DNA of 64,000 nucleotides from Candidatus Poribacteria bacterium (GCA_965116925.1 OZ220744.1:3424001-3488000), one strand, 5' to 3'; positions 21,199 through 31,409 are shown, counted from the first letter of the stretch. The notes: generated from the letters alone by a model not told the origin. Made by a program: numbers and translations.

Positions 21199-22401
21199 AT
21201 GCTATCCAAGCAGGACAGAACAAGATTCAGATGTATCTCAGTCTACGGCATTTTTATATTACTTTTCTTATTAACCGTTTCCTTATTCGGGTGCGATGTG
21301 ATTCAACAGCTTGTATCACCCGACACCCCCGACGACATGGCTTCAGTCAAAATCGGTTTCATTTATAGCCCACCCGATCCGGGGACAACTCGGAACGGTG
21401 CCGAGTTAGCGGTTGCCCTTGCTAACGAGGCAGGGGGCATCAACGGAGTGCCGATAGAGCTGCTCATTATGGATGATCAGCGCGATCCGTCAATCGGCGT
21501 CCAACGCGCACAGGAGCTAATTGATGCGGGGGTATTGGCAATCGTCGGACCGGACTACAGTGTGATCGCTGTGGAAGTCGGAGCGGTTGCCCAGCAGTAC
21601 GGTATACCGATGGTAACCACCTATCCGACGAACCCAAACGTGACGAGAAACGGGAACTTTTCCTTTATGGGTGCTTTCATAGATCCCTATCAGGCGAGTG
21701 TGATGGCGAATTTTGCGATCCAGGAGTTGGGCGCAACGACCGCTGCAATCCTCACAGAAACAGATAACAGCTACTCTGAAGGTTTATCGAATACTTTCAT
21801 TGAACGATTTATCGCGCTAGGCGGTACAATTGCGGCTCAACAGTTTTATGAGGCAGATGCCACTGATTTTACCGAGCAATTGACGGCAATTGTTGCGATA
21901 GACTCACCCGTTGATGTTGTCTTTTTGCCCAGCTTGGGTCCCGAATTCCCGTTGGCAGTTAAACAGGCAAAATCTCCTGCATTTGGTATGACTGCCACCT
22001 TCCTTGGCGGCGATGGTTGGGATCGACCGGACTTAGTTGAAATTGGCGGGATGGCGCTTGAAGGGAGTTTCTTTGCAAATCACTTTTCGCCCGGCGGACC
22101 GCCAGAGCGGTTAAGTGAGGCGGCACGTCAATTTATTGTCGCCTATACGACACAATTTGGTATCGCACCCGACGGTCCTGCGTCACTCGGCTACGATGCT
22201 GCCACCATTATCATTGAAGCGATGCGGCGGTCCGCTGACCTGACGCCCGTGGTGATTCGCGACCAAATTGAGGCGACTCAGAACTATAGCGGGGCGACAG
22301 TCCTATCGCATTTTGATGAGAATCGACATGCAATCAAAAGTTTGGTTGTCAACACCGTTAAAGAGGGAAAGATACAATTCCATCAACTTCTATTACTGTA
22401 A
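21199..22401 (+). CDS. LivJ-type ABC transporter substrate-binding lipoprotein
   Basis: LFGC lipobox; GAELAV..NEAGGING, DFTEQL, FLGGDGWD, GYDA. Confidence 0.88.
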   Translation: MLSKQDRTRFRCISVYGIFILLFLLTVSLFGCDVIQQLVSPDTPDDMASVKIGFIYSPPDPGTTRNGAELAVALANEAGGINGVPIELLIMDDQRDPSIGVQRAQELIDAGVLAIVGPDYSVIAVEVGAVAQQYGIPMVTTYPTNPNVTRNGNFSFMGAFIDPYQASVMANFAIQELGATTAAILTETDNSYSEGLSNTFIERFIALGGTIAAQQFYEADATDFTEQLTAIVAIDSPVDVVFLPSLGPEFPLAVKQAKSPAFGMTATFLGGDGWDRPDLVEIGGMALEGSFFANHFSPGGPPERLSEAARQFIVAYTTQFGIAPDGPASLGYDAATIIIEAMRRSADLTPVVIRDQIEATQNYSGATVLSHFDENRHAIKSLVVNTVKEGKIQFHQLLLL

Positions 22402-22420
22402 CCATCGCGGCGGAAAAATC

Positions 22421-22819
22421 ATGACGACACAAAACCGATCCAAACCCCAAACCGATGAGCAGTCGAAGGAACCCACTTCACAGCTGCCGGATACCACACC
22501 CGCTCAGCCGATCGAAGAGCAGCCTGACCAAGATTCGTCAAACCTGAAGGTGATTGAGAGTCCGCTTGAGCATCGACTCTTGGAAATGGAATCGCAAGTC
22601 ACCCACAAATTGGATACGATGCAATCCAAAATAGATAGCAGCTTTTCAGGATTGCGCGACGATATCTCCGACTTGAACGATTCCCTCAACGAGTCAATGG
22701 ATCGACTCGAAAACTCGGTAGATCGATTCACCACGACGGTGAAATGGTATATTGTGATAGCCGGGGGAACCGCGGTTGTTGTGATCGCGTTGTTACTGTG
22801 GAATGTTTTCTTTGACTAG
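22421..22819 (+). CDS. Hypothetical coiled-coil protein with C-terminal transmembrane helix
   Basis: Heptad-like middle region, hydrophobic C-terminus. Confidence 0.65.
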   Translation: MTTQNRSKPQTDEQSKEPTSQLPDTTPAQPIEEQPDQDSSNLKVIESPLEHRLLEMESQVTHKLDTMQSKIDSSFSGLRDDISDLNDSLNESMDRLENSVDRFTTTVKWYIVIAGGTAVVVIALLLWNVFFD

Positions 22820-23141
22820 GGTGTGTTGACACTTTGAAGCTGCTCATTCGGCAAACGCTGTAATCACCAGCCAATCTGCCAAATGTAGCGCGAACTGTTA
22901 GTTTGCAGGCTGGGATCACAATCTAACAGATCGTGGTACAGAGGGAGATTGTAGGTCGAGATTCATATCTCAACACCGAAACGTTGATTTTGGACAATCA
23001 ACCGACAGAAGTTCAAAATCGTCTCTGATACGTGACCACAGGGTTGGGAAACCCAACCCCTACGAAGGAGCATGTGTCTGTGCACACCCCTCAATTATCT
23101 GATTGCGATGAGATGTCAACAGAACCTAATGGAGAAACAAA

Positions 23142-23981
23142 ATGGATCCCACAAATACAGACAAAAATTGGAAAACCGAAACGACGGTCACCGATGACGA
23201 GGTGGCTTTCTACAATGAGAACGGCTACCTCAAATATGGCAGGATCTTCACGCAGGGGGAATTGGACGAACTGCGCGATTACGTAGACGACATGATCGCA
23301 TCGCTCCCCGAAGGCAAACGCCCGGAACAGATGGACGTGCCGCACGTCGAGCACCCCTACCTATTCAAATACCTCGCAGACCCGCGTGTGCTAGATGTAA
23401 TTGAACGGTTCATCGGACCCGATATCCTCCTCTGGTCAAGCCACTTTATCAGCAAACGGACAAGCGACGGGCTGGCGGTGCCGTGGCATCAGGACGGCGT
23501 TTACTGGGGCGAACGGTTGCAACCGATGCACGTCATCACGATGTGGTTGGCGGTGGACGAATCAATGCTTGAAAACGGTTGTATGCGCGTGATTGCTGGC
23601 AGCCATAAACTCACGGATCGGCGGTACGAGAACGTGGATAGCGAAAAGCACCTGTTTGGCAGAGAGGTCATCGCCGAAGATCTGGACGAGTCAAAAGTTG
23701 TCGATCTGGAACTGTCGGTCGGCGAATGCCATTTCCACGATGCGTTCACCATCCACGGCTCCGCACCGAACACTTCACAGAAACGTCGGTGCGGCTACAC
23801 GATGCGGTATATGCCGGCGGATGTCCGCTGCAATGACCCTTCATTGAGACCGAGCCATCACATCTATCTCCTGCGCGGTGAGGATCGAACAGACGGTTTC
23901 AACACCTATACGCCTATACCGGATTTTCTTGAGACAAAAAAACACAATGTAGGACAAAAAAGCGTGAAACGTGATGCGTAA
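23142..23981 (+). CDS. PhyH-family dioxygenase
   Basis: PWHQDG, WLAVDE..ENGCMRVIAGSH, IHGS. Confidence 0.9.
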   Translation: MDPTNTDKNWKTETTVTDDEVAFYNENGYLKYGRIFTQGELDELRDYVDDMIASLPEGKRPEQMDVPHVEHPYLFKYLADPRVLDVIERFIGPDILLWSSHFISKRTSDGLAVPWHQDGVYWGERLQPMHVITMWLAVDESMLENGCMRVIAGSHKLTDRRYENVDSEKHLFGREVIAEDLDESKVVDLELSVGECHFHDAFTIHGSAPNTSQKRRCGYTMRYMPADVRCNDPSLRPSHHIYLLRGEDRTDGFNTYTPIPDFLETKKHNVGQKSVKRDA

Positions 23982-24061
23982 AACGTGAAAAATGCACTAA
24001 TGAACCAATGAACTATAGTAGATTTTAGAATTAATGGGACACGCCAAACCGGTGCGGTTAC

Positions 24062-24178
24062 ATGAAAATTAAAAAAATAATTCGGTAATTTGCTAGCGAT
24101 GCCGGCGCGGTTGAAAACCGCGCCTACCGTATGTTTCGAGGAAAATAGGGATTACCGATTTAAATACTTAAACTTCAT
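24062..24178. mobile_element. MITE-like element, copy 3
   Basis: Splits a GGTGCGGTTACAAACCGCACC hairpin; C on both flanks. Confidence 0.7.
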
Positions 24179-24263
24179 CAAACCGCACCTACCGGGGGGC
24201 GCGAGTGTTTCTTTATTTCTTGAATTCACTATAAATCAGTTTCTATCTTATAGGTTACCCATC

Positions 24264-24752
24264 ATGCCAAACGAAAAGATTTATACTCGGAATGAACTGG
24301 TCGAAATTGTTCAGCAATTGAAAGCGGACGGCAAAGTTGTCGTGACGACCAACGGCTGCTTCGATGTGCTACATGTCGGTCATCTCCGTTACCTGCAAGC
24401 CGCACAGGCACTCGGCGACCTCCTCGTTGTCGGTGTCAACAGCGATGATTCTGTCCGCGTACTCAAAGGGGAGAACCGTCCCCTCGTCCCCGCAGACGAA
24501 CGCGCCGAGATGCTCGCCGGCTTGGGGTGTGTCGATTATGTCACGATTTTCCCCGAACTCGATCCGGTTGATCTGTTATCTGCCATCAAGCCGAACATCC
24601 ACGTCAAAGGCGGCGATTACACAATCGAACGGGTCATCGAGCGGGAGGCTGTCGAATCGAACGGGGGCAAAGTAATCCTTGGGTTGAACGTGCCGGGCAA
24701 ATCGACCACCGATCTCGTCGAAACAATCCGTGAAAGGTATAGTGACGCGTGA
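24264..24752 (+). CDS. rfaE2: D-glycero-beta-D-manno-heptose 1-phosphate adenylyltransferase (RfaE domain II)
   Basis: TNGCFDVLHVGHLRYL, GVNSDDSV..LKG..RP, KGGDY, STT. Confidence 0.85.
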   Translation: MPNEKIYTRNELVEIVQQLKADGKVVVTTNGCFDVLHVGHLRYLQAAQALGDLLVVGVNSDDSVRVLKGENRPLVPADERAEMLAGLGCVDYVTIFPELDPVDLLSAIKPNIHVKGGDYTIERVIEREAVESNGGKVILGLNVPGKSTTDLVETIRERYSDA

Positions 24753-25010
24753 AACGTGATGCGTGACATGACCAGTGAGTGGATTGTAGGCCGAGATTCA
24801 TATCTCGACACCGAAAGCCGATTTTGGAAAATCAACTACAGAATCCCGAAATCGGCTCTGACGTATGAACAACGGGTTGGGAGACCCAACCCCTACGAAG
24901 GACTGTGGTTCTGTGCACACCTCTAAATCGCTATGACGGACAACAGGGAAGCTGCTATTGAGTACGCAACACTGTTTTTTTCTTCCTTAGTCAAATTTGC
25001 TAGGACACCG

Positions 25011-25225
25011 GATATTAAGTATTTATTAGAAATTTATTAAAGCTTTATTAGACGATTGTGGATAACTCATCGGGCTCAATAACCACAAGGGTTTCAGCCG
25101 TTTTATTTTTTAGGATTTTGACATCGTTGTCAAAATTGTGACACCGGCGTCAAAGCTGAGACAAGCATATCAAAACTGGGACACCGGTGTCAAACATAGG
25201 CAAATTGTGGATAACCTGTGGATAA
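25011..25225. promoter_or_regulatory. Candidate replication origin: three perfect DnaA boxes, AT-rich tract, four 20-bp tandem repeats
   Basis: TGTGGATAA at 25057, 25206 and 25217; TTTATTA three times in 25021-25050; 20-bp period across 25120-25200. Confidence 0.6.
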
Positions 25226-25488
25226 CTTTGCCTGAAACGCAAAGTAGTAGGCATACTCCGTATGCCGTAACCGCAGTTAAACCAATGCACAAATGAACCA
25301 ATTTATAGTGGACCTTAGAATTAATGAGACACTCCAAATCGGGAGGTTAGGAAAACGAAGATACCGTTCTACCGTTTGGTAGGCGCTGTTTATAACTGCG
25401 CCGATGCGGTGCGGTTACAAACCGCACCTACCGGGTGGCAAAAGTGTCTATTTATTTTTTAATTTCAATTTAGAAAGGAACTCATAGG

Positions 25489-26973
25489 ATGCAAATTGAT
25501 GTCAAAGTTGGAGATTTCAGGACAGAAACCGCCGATGCTATCGTATTCGGGGTATTTGAGGGAGAACCCCTCGTCAGCGTCGCGCAAACCGCTGATGCAG
25601 CGACGGAGGGCGCGATTAGCGAACTGATTGATGCTGGCGACTTCAAAGGTGAACACAAACAGACCGCGCTACTCTACACTAGAGGGGCAATCACCGCCTC
25701 ACGGATCGCGCTGGTCGGTTTGGGAAAAAACGAGGAGTTGGATCCAGAGAAGGTGCGTCAGGCAGCGGGCAAAGTTGTCCAAGAACTTCGAGATCTGGGA
25801 CTAAAAAACATCACGGTTTCGTTGCCACCAGAGACCCCACCAGAGATAGCACAGGCAGCCGCCGAAGCGAGTCGGCTCGCGCTCTACCAATTCAATCAGC
25901 ACAAGACGCAAGACCTTGACAAGATCAAAGCACTTGACTCTATCACCTTCTTGGTAACGGACGAAGCGACTCGGTCGATGGTCGAAGGAAGCGTTGCTAT
26001 CGGTGATGCGATTGCGAACGGGACCAACCTCGCCCGTGATCTGAGCAACCAACCGCCGAACCACTTGACCCCAACGATGCTCGCTGACAAGGCGGTTGAG
26101 GTCGCAAATGAGGTGGGGTTGAAATGCGAAGTCTTTGATCTCGCACAACTCCAAGAGAAGGGGTTTCGCACACTGCTCGGTGTGTCTCAAGGGAGTGCCG
26201 AAGAACCGCGATTTATCGTCTTGGAACATATCCCCGAAGGTGAGGGGAAGGACACCGTTGCGTTTGTCGGGAAAGCCATCACCTTCGATAGCGGTGGGCT
26301 GTCGCTCAAGTCTGGCTCCGGTATGATGGACATGAAGCACGATATGTCCGGCGCAGCGGCGGTGCTTGGTGCGATGCAGGTGGTCGGTACTCTTAAACCG
26401 GATCTCCATGTCGTTGGGCTGATCGCAGCGAGCGAAAATATGCCGAGCGCGACCGCCCAGCGACCGGGCGATGTTGTCGAGAGCTACGGGGGCAAAACAA
26501 TCGAGATCCTCAATACGGACGCGGAAGGTCGGCTGGTATTGGCGGATGCGTTGGGCTATGCCGCCCAGTATAATCCGAAGGCGGCGATAGATCTGGCAAC
26601 CCTGACGGGGGCTGTCATCACCGCTTTGGGAAATATTGCCTGCGGGATGATGGGGACGGACGACCCTTTGATGGATAAAGTCAGAGCCGCTGCAGAGAAA
26701 ACGCATGAGCGGGTGTGGGAGCTCCCCCTGTGGGACGATTACAACGAACTAATCAAAAGCGATGTCGCTGACGTCAAAAATATCGGCGACAGCACAGCAG
26801 GTACGATCGTCGGCGGGGCGTTCCTGAAGAAGTTTGCGGAGGGCTATCCGTGGGTGCATCTTGACATCGCCGGTACAGCCTGGGATGTCAAAGGGTCGTC
26901 GTATGTTCCCAGCAAGGGCGGTACTGGATACGGGGTGCGGTTGCTGGTGCAGTTCGCACGCGATTGGACTTAA
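25489..26973 (+). CDS. pepA: Leucyl aminopeptidase (M17)
   Basis: GKAITFDSGG, MKHDMSGAAAV, NTDAEGRLVLAD, WVHLDIAGT. Confidence 0.95.
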   Translation: MQIDVKVGDFRTETADAIVFGVFEGEPLVSVAQTADAATEGAISELIDAGDFKGEHKQTALLYTRGAITASRIALVGLGKNEELDPEKVRQAAGKVVQELRDLGLKNITVSLPPETPPEIAQAAAEASRLALYQFNQHKTQDLDKIKALDSITFLVTDEATRSMVEGSVAIGDAIANGTNLARDLSNQPPNHLTPTMLADKAVEVANEVGLKCEVFDLAQLQEKGFRTLLGVSQGSAEEPRFIVLEHIPEGEGKDTVAFVGKAITFDSGGLSLKSGSGMMDMKHDMSGAAAVLGAMQVVGTLKPDLHVVGLIAASENMPSATAQRPGDVVESYGGKTIEILNTDAEGRLVLADALGYAAQYNPKAAIDLATLTGAVITALGNIACGMMGTDDPLMDKVRAAAEKTHERVWELPLWDDYNELIKSDVADVKNIGDSTAGTIVGGAFLKKFAEGYPWVHLDIAGTAWDVKGSSYVPSKGGTGYGVRLLVQFARDWT

Positions 26974-27100
26974 GGAAGCGTCCCGATGAAAAACGGAGTT
27001 GGGTTTCACTCTATCTGTCTAGAAGCAGGTGTTGTTGGACGCCGGAGTCTCTATTGGACTTGATAGGGATTGACGGTTAACCGTTCAACCCAACCTACGG

Positions 27101-27266
27101 ACTGTTAGTTTGCAGGTGAGGATCACAATCTAACAGATCGTGGTACAAAGGTAGATTGTAGGTCGAGATTCATATCTCGACAAAACTGTTAGTTTGCAGG
27201 TGGGGATCACAATCTAACAGATCGTGGTACAAAGGTAGATTGTAGGTCGAGATTCATATCTCGACA
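27101..27266. repeat. Two tandem 84-bp copies of a composite intergenic repeat
   Basis: ACTGTTAGTTTGCAGG...GTAGGTCGAGATTCATATCTCGACA repeated at 27101 and 27185. Confidence 0.85.
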
Positions 27267-27311
27267 TAAGACTCATATCCAAAGGTCTCCGACAATGGAG
27301 GAGAGGCAATT

Positions 27312-27854
27312 ATGCTGCTGCGCTTTGTCTGTGTTGCGTACCTGTCACTCCTACTATCCGGGTGCGCTGCTCCCATACCTCAACTTGACGTGACGCCCGA
27401 ACAGATGAACGGGATCGATCGGTTGATTGGCGAGAACTTCTTAACCTTTCACGCCGATATCGAGCCGATACTGGGAGAAGCGCGGAAAACGATAGAAAAC
27501 GACACGCCCACTTACGACTTTGGAGATAAATATCGGTTCAGAGGCTTAACCGCGGGCATTCTGAACGACAAAGTGGCAATGCTCTCGTTCTATGCTCATA
27601 GACGGCTCACCCCGCACGAAGCGATTTATGCGTTAGGCTATCGGGAGTTGCCCGAATTTAGTTGGATTGATGGTAGACCCGTGTATATGCTCAACACGGA
27701 GAACGGCAAGCGCATCTTCTTTATAGTCCAACAGTCAGGCTGGACATTTGTCCGCATCTTCTCCAATGCACTCGATGTAAAAAAGCATTTCAACCTACAA
27801 ATCACACCATTTCCATACCCGTCATTCTATTTTTCTGAATCCAACAATCGTTAG
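27312..27854 (+). CDS. Hypothetical lipoprotein
   Basis: GGAGG RBS; LLSGC lipobox. Confidence 0.7.
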   Translation: MLLRFVCVAYLSLLLSGCAAPIPQLDVTPEQMNGIDRLIGENFLTFHADIEPILGEARKTIENDTPTYDFGDKYRFRGLTAGILNDKVAMLSFYAHRRLTPHEAIYALGYRELPEFSWIDGRPVYMLNTENGKRIFFIVQQSGWTFVRIFSNALDVKKHFNLQITPFPYPSFYFSESNNR

Positions 27855-27894
27855 TTCATTGGTTCATTAGTTCATTGAGTTTGCTCATCATGTT

Positions 27895-28758
27895 TCATTG
27901 AATGACCTGAATCCCAAGCTCCGCTGCGGTCCGATGGAGGAAATCACTGACCTCCGGCAATTGTTCCTCTTGGGCACCTTCGACAATCAACGGATACTCT
28001 GGATCGAGCGCGTGCATTCGGCGGATATAGGCTTTGAAATCGAGCATTCCCGTTCCGGCTGCACAGGTCGGCAGGTGGAGGGTGTGTTCGTTGGTGAGCG
28101 TGATGTCCTTCGCATGGCCACTCACAATATGTTGACCGAGCGTGTCGAATATCCGATCGATGTATTCTCCGGTGTTGTAGACCGTTTTGAGCGTTACCCA
28201 GTTTGCCGGATCCAGATCAGATCTGACCCACGGTGAATCGACCGCATCAAGAATCTCCTTCGTGACCCTCTCATTTGCAAGCACGACGAGTTGATGCCCT
28301 TCTAGACTGAGGTAAACCTGATTATCCGCTGCTGCTTTCGCGCACTCCCGCAGACTCTTGATTAGCTGATCCTTGCTTTTTTGACTCCAGTTGTCGGGGT
28401 GCGGATTCCACGGTCCTGTTGGGTTCATCGATCCCGGTCCCGTGTCGATGCCACGCGCCCCAATATCGCCGGCAACTCGGAGTGCTTCCTGTACCGTACG
28501 CACCGCTTTCTTTCGCTCTGTCTCGTCGGGGTGGATCAAGCACTGCCAATAGCCCGTCGTTTGATACATCCGAATCCCCTCATCCGCTAGGACATCGCGG
28601 ACTCGGTGGCATTGGGCGGTTGTTGTTTCAAATGGATCGTTCTCTCGAAAACGGGTGAACACCCCTGAAAATCCGAAGGATCTGGCCTTCTTTGCAATCT
28701 CCGGTGTGAAGTCATCCATATTACTCGGCAAAAATGTTCCGCTCATTCCAAAACGCAT
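27895..28758 (-). CDS. Sugar phosphate isomerase/epimerase (AP_endonuc_2 TIM barrel)
   Basis: LSLEGH, LDPANW, HAKD, GTGMLDF, LIVE; GGGAG RBS before 28758. Confidence 0.88.
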   Translation of the reverse strand: MRFGMSGTFLPSNMDDFTPEIAKKARSFGFSGVFTRFRENDPFETTTAQCHRVRDVLADEGIRMYQTTGYWQCLIHPDETERKKAVRTVQEALRVAGDIGARGIDTGPGSMNPTGPWNPHPDNWSQKSKDQLIKSLRECAKAAADNQVYLSLEGHQLVVLANERVTKEILDAVDSPWVRSDLDPANWVTLKTVYNTGEYIDRIFDTLGQHIVSGHAKDITLTNEHTLHLPTCAAGTGMLDFKAYIRRMHALDPEYPLIVEGAQEEQLPEVSDFLHRTAAELGIQVIQ

Positions 28759-28870
28759 AGTTAGCTCCCTAAATTGGTTCAAGAGTTCATTGGTTCATTA
28801 TAGTGGATCCCAGAATTAATGAGACACCGTAGCGCGAAGTGTTAGTTTGCGATAGAGGATCACAATCTAA

Positions 28871-28987
28871 ATGAAGATGAATTTATTAATTCGGTAATGT
28901 CCGGGCGATGTCCGGTGCGGTTAGAAACCGCACCTACCGGGCCTGGGGGAAAATATAGAATTACCGAAGTATTTTCTGAAACCTCAT
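28871..28987. mobile_element. MITE-like element, copy 4
   Basis: Splits CACAATCTAACAGAT; A on both flanks. Confidence 0.7.
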
Positions 28988-29204
28988 ACAGATTGTGGTA
29001 CAAAAAACTTCTACTTTTAATGTCTATTTATTTTGGCTCATGTAAAAAGAAGGTGCAAAACACGAAGCGAAATCGTAGGGGCGGGGTCTCCCCGCTCGCC
29101 GTAAGGGTTGGGAGACCCAACCCCTACGAATATTCGGTTTCTTTGCACTAAATCTTAACATGAGCGTTTATTTTTATAATTCACTATAGTTCATTTTTCA
29201 CGTT

Positions 29205-29939
29205 TCATTCGTCCTGAATGACATGGGGACGATTACCGATAGAGGGTGGGGATAGAATCCGTTTTTGCTGTTCCGTCAACTCGCCAAACTCGCTGAGGTC
29301 GTAGAAGTTTCCAGACCATGCGGAGTGTCCGGGGCTGTATTTGTAGAGCAACGATCGGCGCTCGTGTGCTGCGCGCCACGGCATTGTCCCGTGGATGACC
29401 GCTTCGGTGAAGAAGATCACATCCCCAGCCTTGGCATCCGGCTGGACAACGTAATGTGCGTCCCTCTCGAAACTGCGTACGTCTGTGGGTAGATAGGTGG
29501 CGAAGTTACTCTTGTGGCTACCCGGTATGCACGAGAATCCGCCATCGCCTTCCCCGACATCGGATAGGCAGTAGGTCATCACAATCAGTCCATTTCGGAT
29601 GACCCCATCTCGGTATTTGTACCAGTGATCTCCTTCGGGTCCCCCGGCACGACCGCCATCCTCTCCGCCGTGCAATCTCCCGCGATGTTCGCCTTGACTC
29701 ATGAAGATAGCGTAATCGTGATCGAGGCGGAATGTGGGACCCAGCAATTCAATGAGGTAGGGCAGGATCTTCGGATGGTCAATCAGCTTCTTGAAGGGTG
29801 CACCCCAGCGCGTCGGATGGCCAGAGCGGTCCCCCTGATCAATGATCTTGTTCAGTTCGTCAACTTCGTTAGATGCCAGCACATCTTTGATGACCAGATA
29901 TCCTTCGAGATCGACGAGGAATTTTTCTTCGTTTGTCAT
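29205..29939 (-). CDS. PhyH-family dioxygenase with LHGG instead of HxD
   Basis: DLEGYLVI, LHGG, IPGSHK, AGDVIFFTEAVIHGT. Confidence 0.85.
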   Translation of the reverse strand: MTNEEKFLVDLEGYLVIKDVLASNEVDELNKIIDQGDRSGHPTRWGAPFKKLIDHPKILPYLIELLGPTFRLDHDYAIFMSQGEHRGRLHGGEDGGRAGGPEGDHWYKYRDGVIRNGLIVMTYCLSDVGEGDGGFSCIPGSHKSNFATYLPTDVRSFERDAHYVVQPDAKAGDVIFFTEAVIHGTMPWRAAHERRSLLYKYSPGHSAWSGNFYDLSEFGELTEQQKRILSPPSIGNRPHVIQDE

Positions 29940-30089
29940 GATAAAAATCCTTTTCTTAAATCTGTGTGCTGCCAGCAATTTAGGCGATTGTAGGTCGATT
30001 TTGGAAAATCGACAGTCTTGCTGTAATCATCGGGCAATCAGACATAAGTAGTGCAAACTGTTAGTTTGCGGCAGAGGATCACAATCTAA

Positions 30090-30206
30090 ATGAAGATAAA
30101 AAAAACAGTTCGGTAATTTGCTAGCGACACCAGCGCGGTTTCAAACCGCGCCTACCGTGTGTTTCGAGGAAAATCGGGATTACCGATTTAAATACTTAAA
30201 TCTCAT
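30090..30206. mobile_element. MITE-like element, copy 5
   Basis: Same insertion position in the host repeat as copy 4; A on both flanks. Confidence 0.7.
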
Positions 30207-30357
30207 ACAGATTGTGGTACACATGTAGCGGAAAGTTCTGTGTCGAGACATGAATCTCGACCTACAGGTGCGAATGAATTACTATACACAGCGTAGACAC
30301 GCTCTGTCCTGCCATTATTTGCACAAGGGTTACGGCATACGGAGTATGCCTACTACT

Positions 30358-31164
30358 TTAACGCAGATCCTGCAACTGGGTGATAGGTCCCGTATTGCCG
30401 AAACCCAGCTCAATGGCTCGCTCCATCATCTTTTGGCGACGGGGACCTGCGGTCGAAATTAAACGGTCGCTGTAGAATCGTCCCCAACCCTTCGTTTCCC
30501 CAGCGAGAAAGGTCATAAGCCAGTCGAAATGTTCCCGGTTTTTCTCAGGCGTTGTGTTCGGGACACAGTTGATGTGGATAGCGCGTCTGCCATACTTGTC
30601 ACTCAGGGCGGCGTGATAGGTCTTGTGATTCATAAAGAGCACGTCCCCCGGTTCGTTGCAGAGCGGATAGCGTCCCGGCATCTCGTCGGGAAGCGCACCG
30701 AGTTCATCTCTCATCTGGTTGATTGCTTCCCCAAACTCCTTGAAATGGCTGCCGGGGATGACGGTCAGGCATCCATCTTCAGGACCGAGCGGATCCAGAT
30801 AGATCGCCGCCCGCATACTGAAGTAACCCTCCGGGGCGTAGGCATCGTGATGCCACGGGGAGCCGCCGGTATGGATAATCCCTTCGCTAAGGGTCAGGAT
30901 GAAGTCTTCGCCCATCAAGCCCTCAAAAATGTCTACGATTTTCTCATGGTCTAACAGAGGATAAAGCACTTCTGGGTGGTAGTCGAAGAAGGGGACAATC
31001 TGCTGTCTTTTTTCTCCCGGTTGCGGTGGTGGTGCGTCCTTGCGTGCCAACTGCATTCCTTCATCGAAGGCGTTGGAGATTACCGCCATCTCCTCCGGTG
31101 ACAGCAAGCCCTTGTACTGAATAAATCCGAACCGCTGAAAATATTTAATATCTTCCTGAGTCAT
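30358..31164 (-). CDS. PhyH-family dioxygenase
   Basis: WHHD, GCLTVIPGSH, PGDVLFMNHKTYHA. Confidence 0.88.
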   Translation of the reverse strand: MTQEDIKYFQRFGFIQYKGLLSPEEMAVISNAFDEGMQLARKDAPPPQPGEKRQQIVPFFDYHPEVLYPLLDHEKIVDIFEGLMGEDFILTLSEGIIHTGGSPWHHDAYAPEGYFSMRAAIYLDPLGPEDGCLTVIPGSHFKEFGEAINQMRDELGALPDEMPGRYPLCNEPGDVLFMNHKTYHAALSDKYGRRAIHINCVPNTTPEKNREHFDWLMTFLAGETKGWGRFYSDRLISTAGPRRQKMMERAIELGFGNTGPITQLQDLR

Positions 31165-31294
31165 AGTTTTTTCCCGTATATAATAACGCAAGTTGCTAGT
31201 TATAAAACCCGCTCGGCTCCGACTTCGCCAATCCGTTCTTAGGACTTCAATTTATCGGCAGTACTTGGCTCTGGCTATACACATTGCGCTCCTC

Positions 31295-31409
31295 ATGAAG
31301 ATTAATTTATTAATTGGGTAATTTCCGAGCGATGTCCGGTGCGGTTGGAAACCGCACCTACCGGGTCTGGGGAAATATAGAATTACCCGTTTAATTTCTT
31401 AAAACCCAT
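31295..31409. mobile_element. MITE-like element, copy 6
   Basis: Splits a CGCTCCTCTGGAGCG hairpin; C on both flanks. Confidence 0.7.

Noticed and set aside
24090..24263. N-terminal extensions of the ORFs at 24090, 21052, 44544, 52498 and 51500-52444
   Set aside because: They run through repeats or neighbouring genes; downstream starts match family N-termini and in most cases have an RBS
25801..26706. 301-aa minus-strand ORF
   Set aside because: Antisense to the well-supported pepA gene, with no recognisable motifs
27101..27266. Possible CRISPR array
   Set aside because: Only two 84-bp units with no unique spacers, built from repeat families found throughout the window; no cas genes
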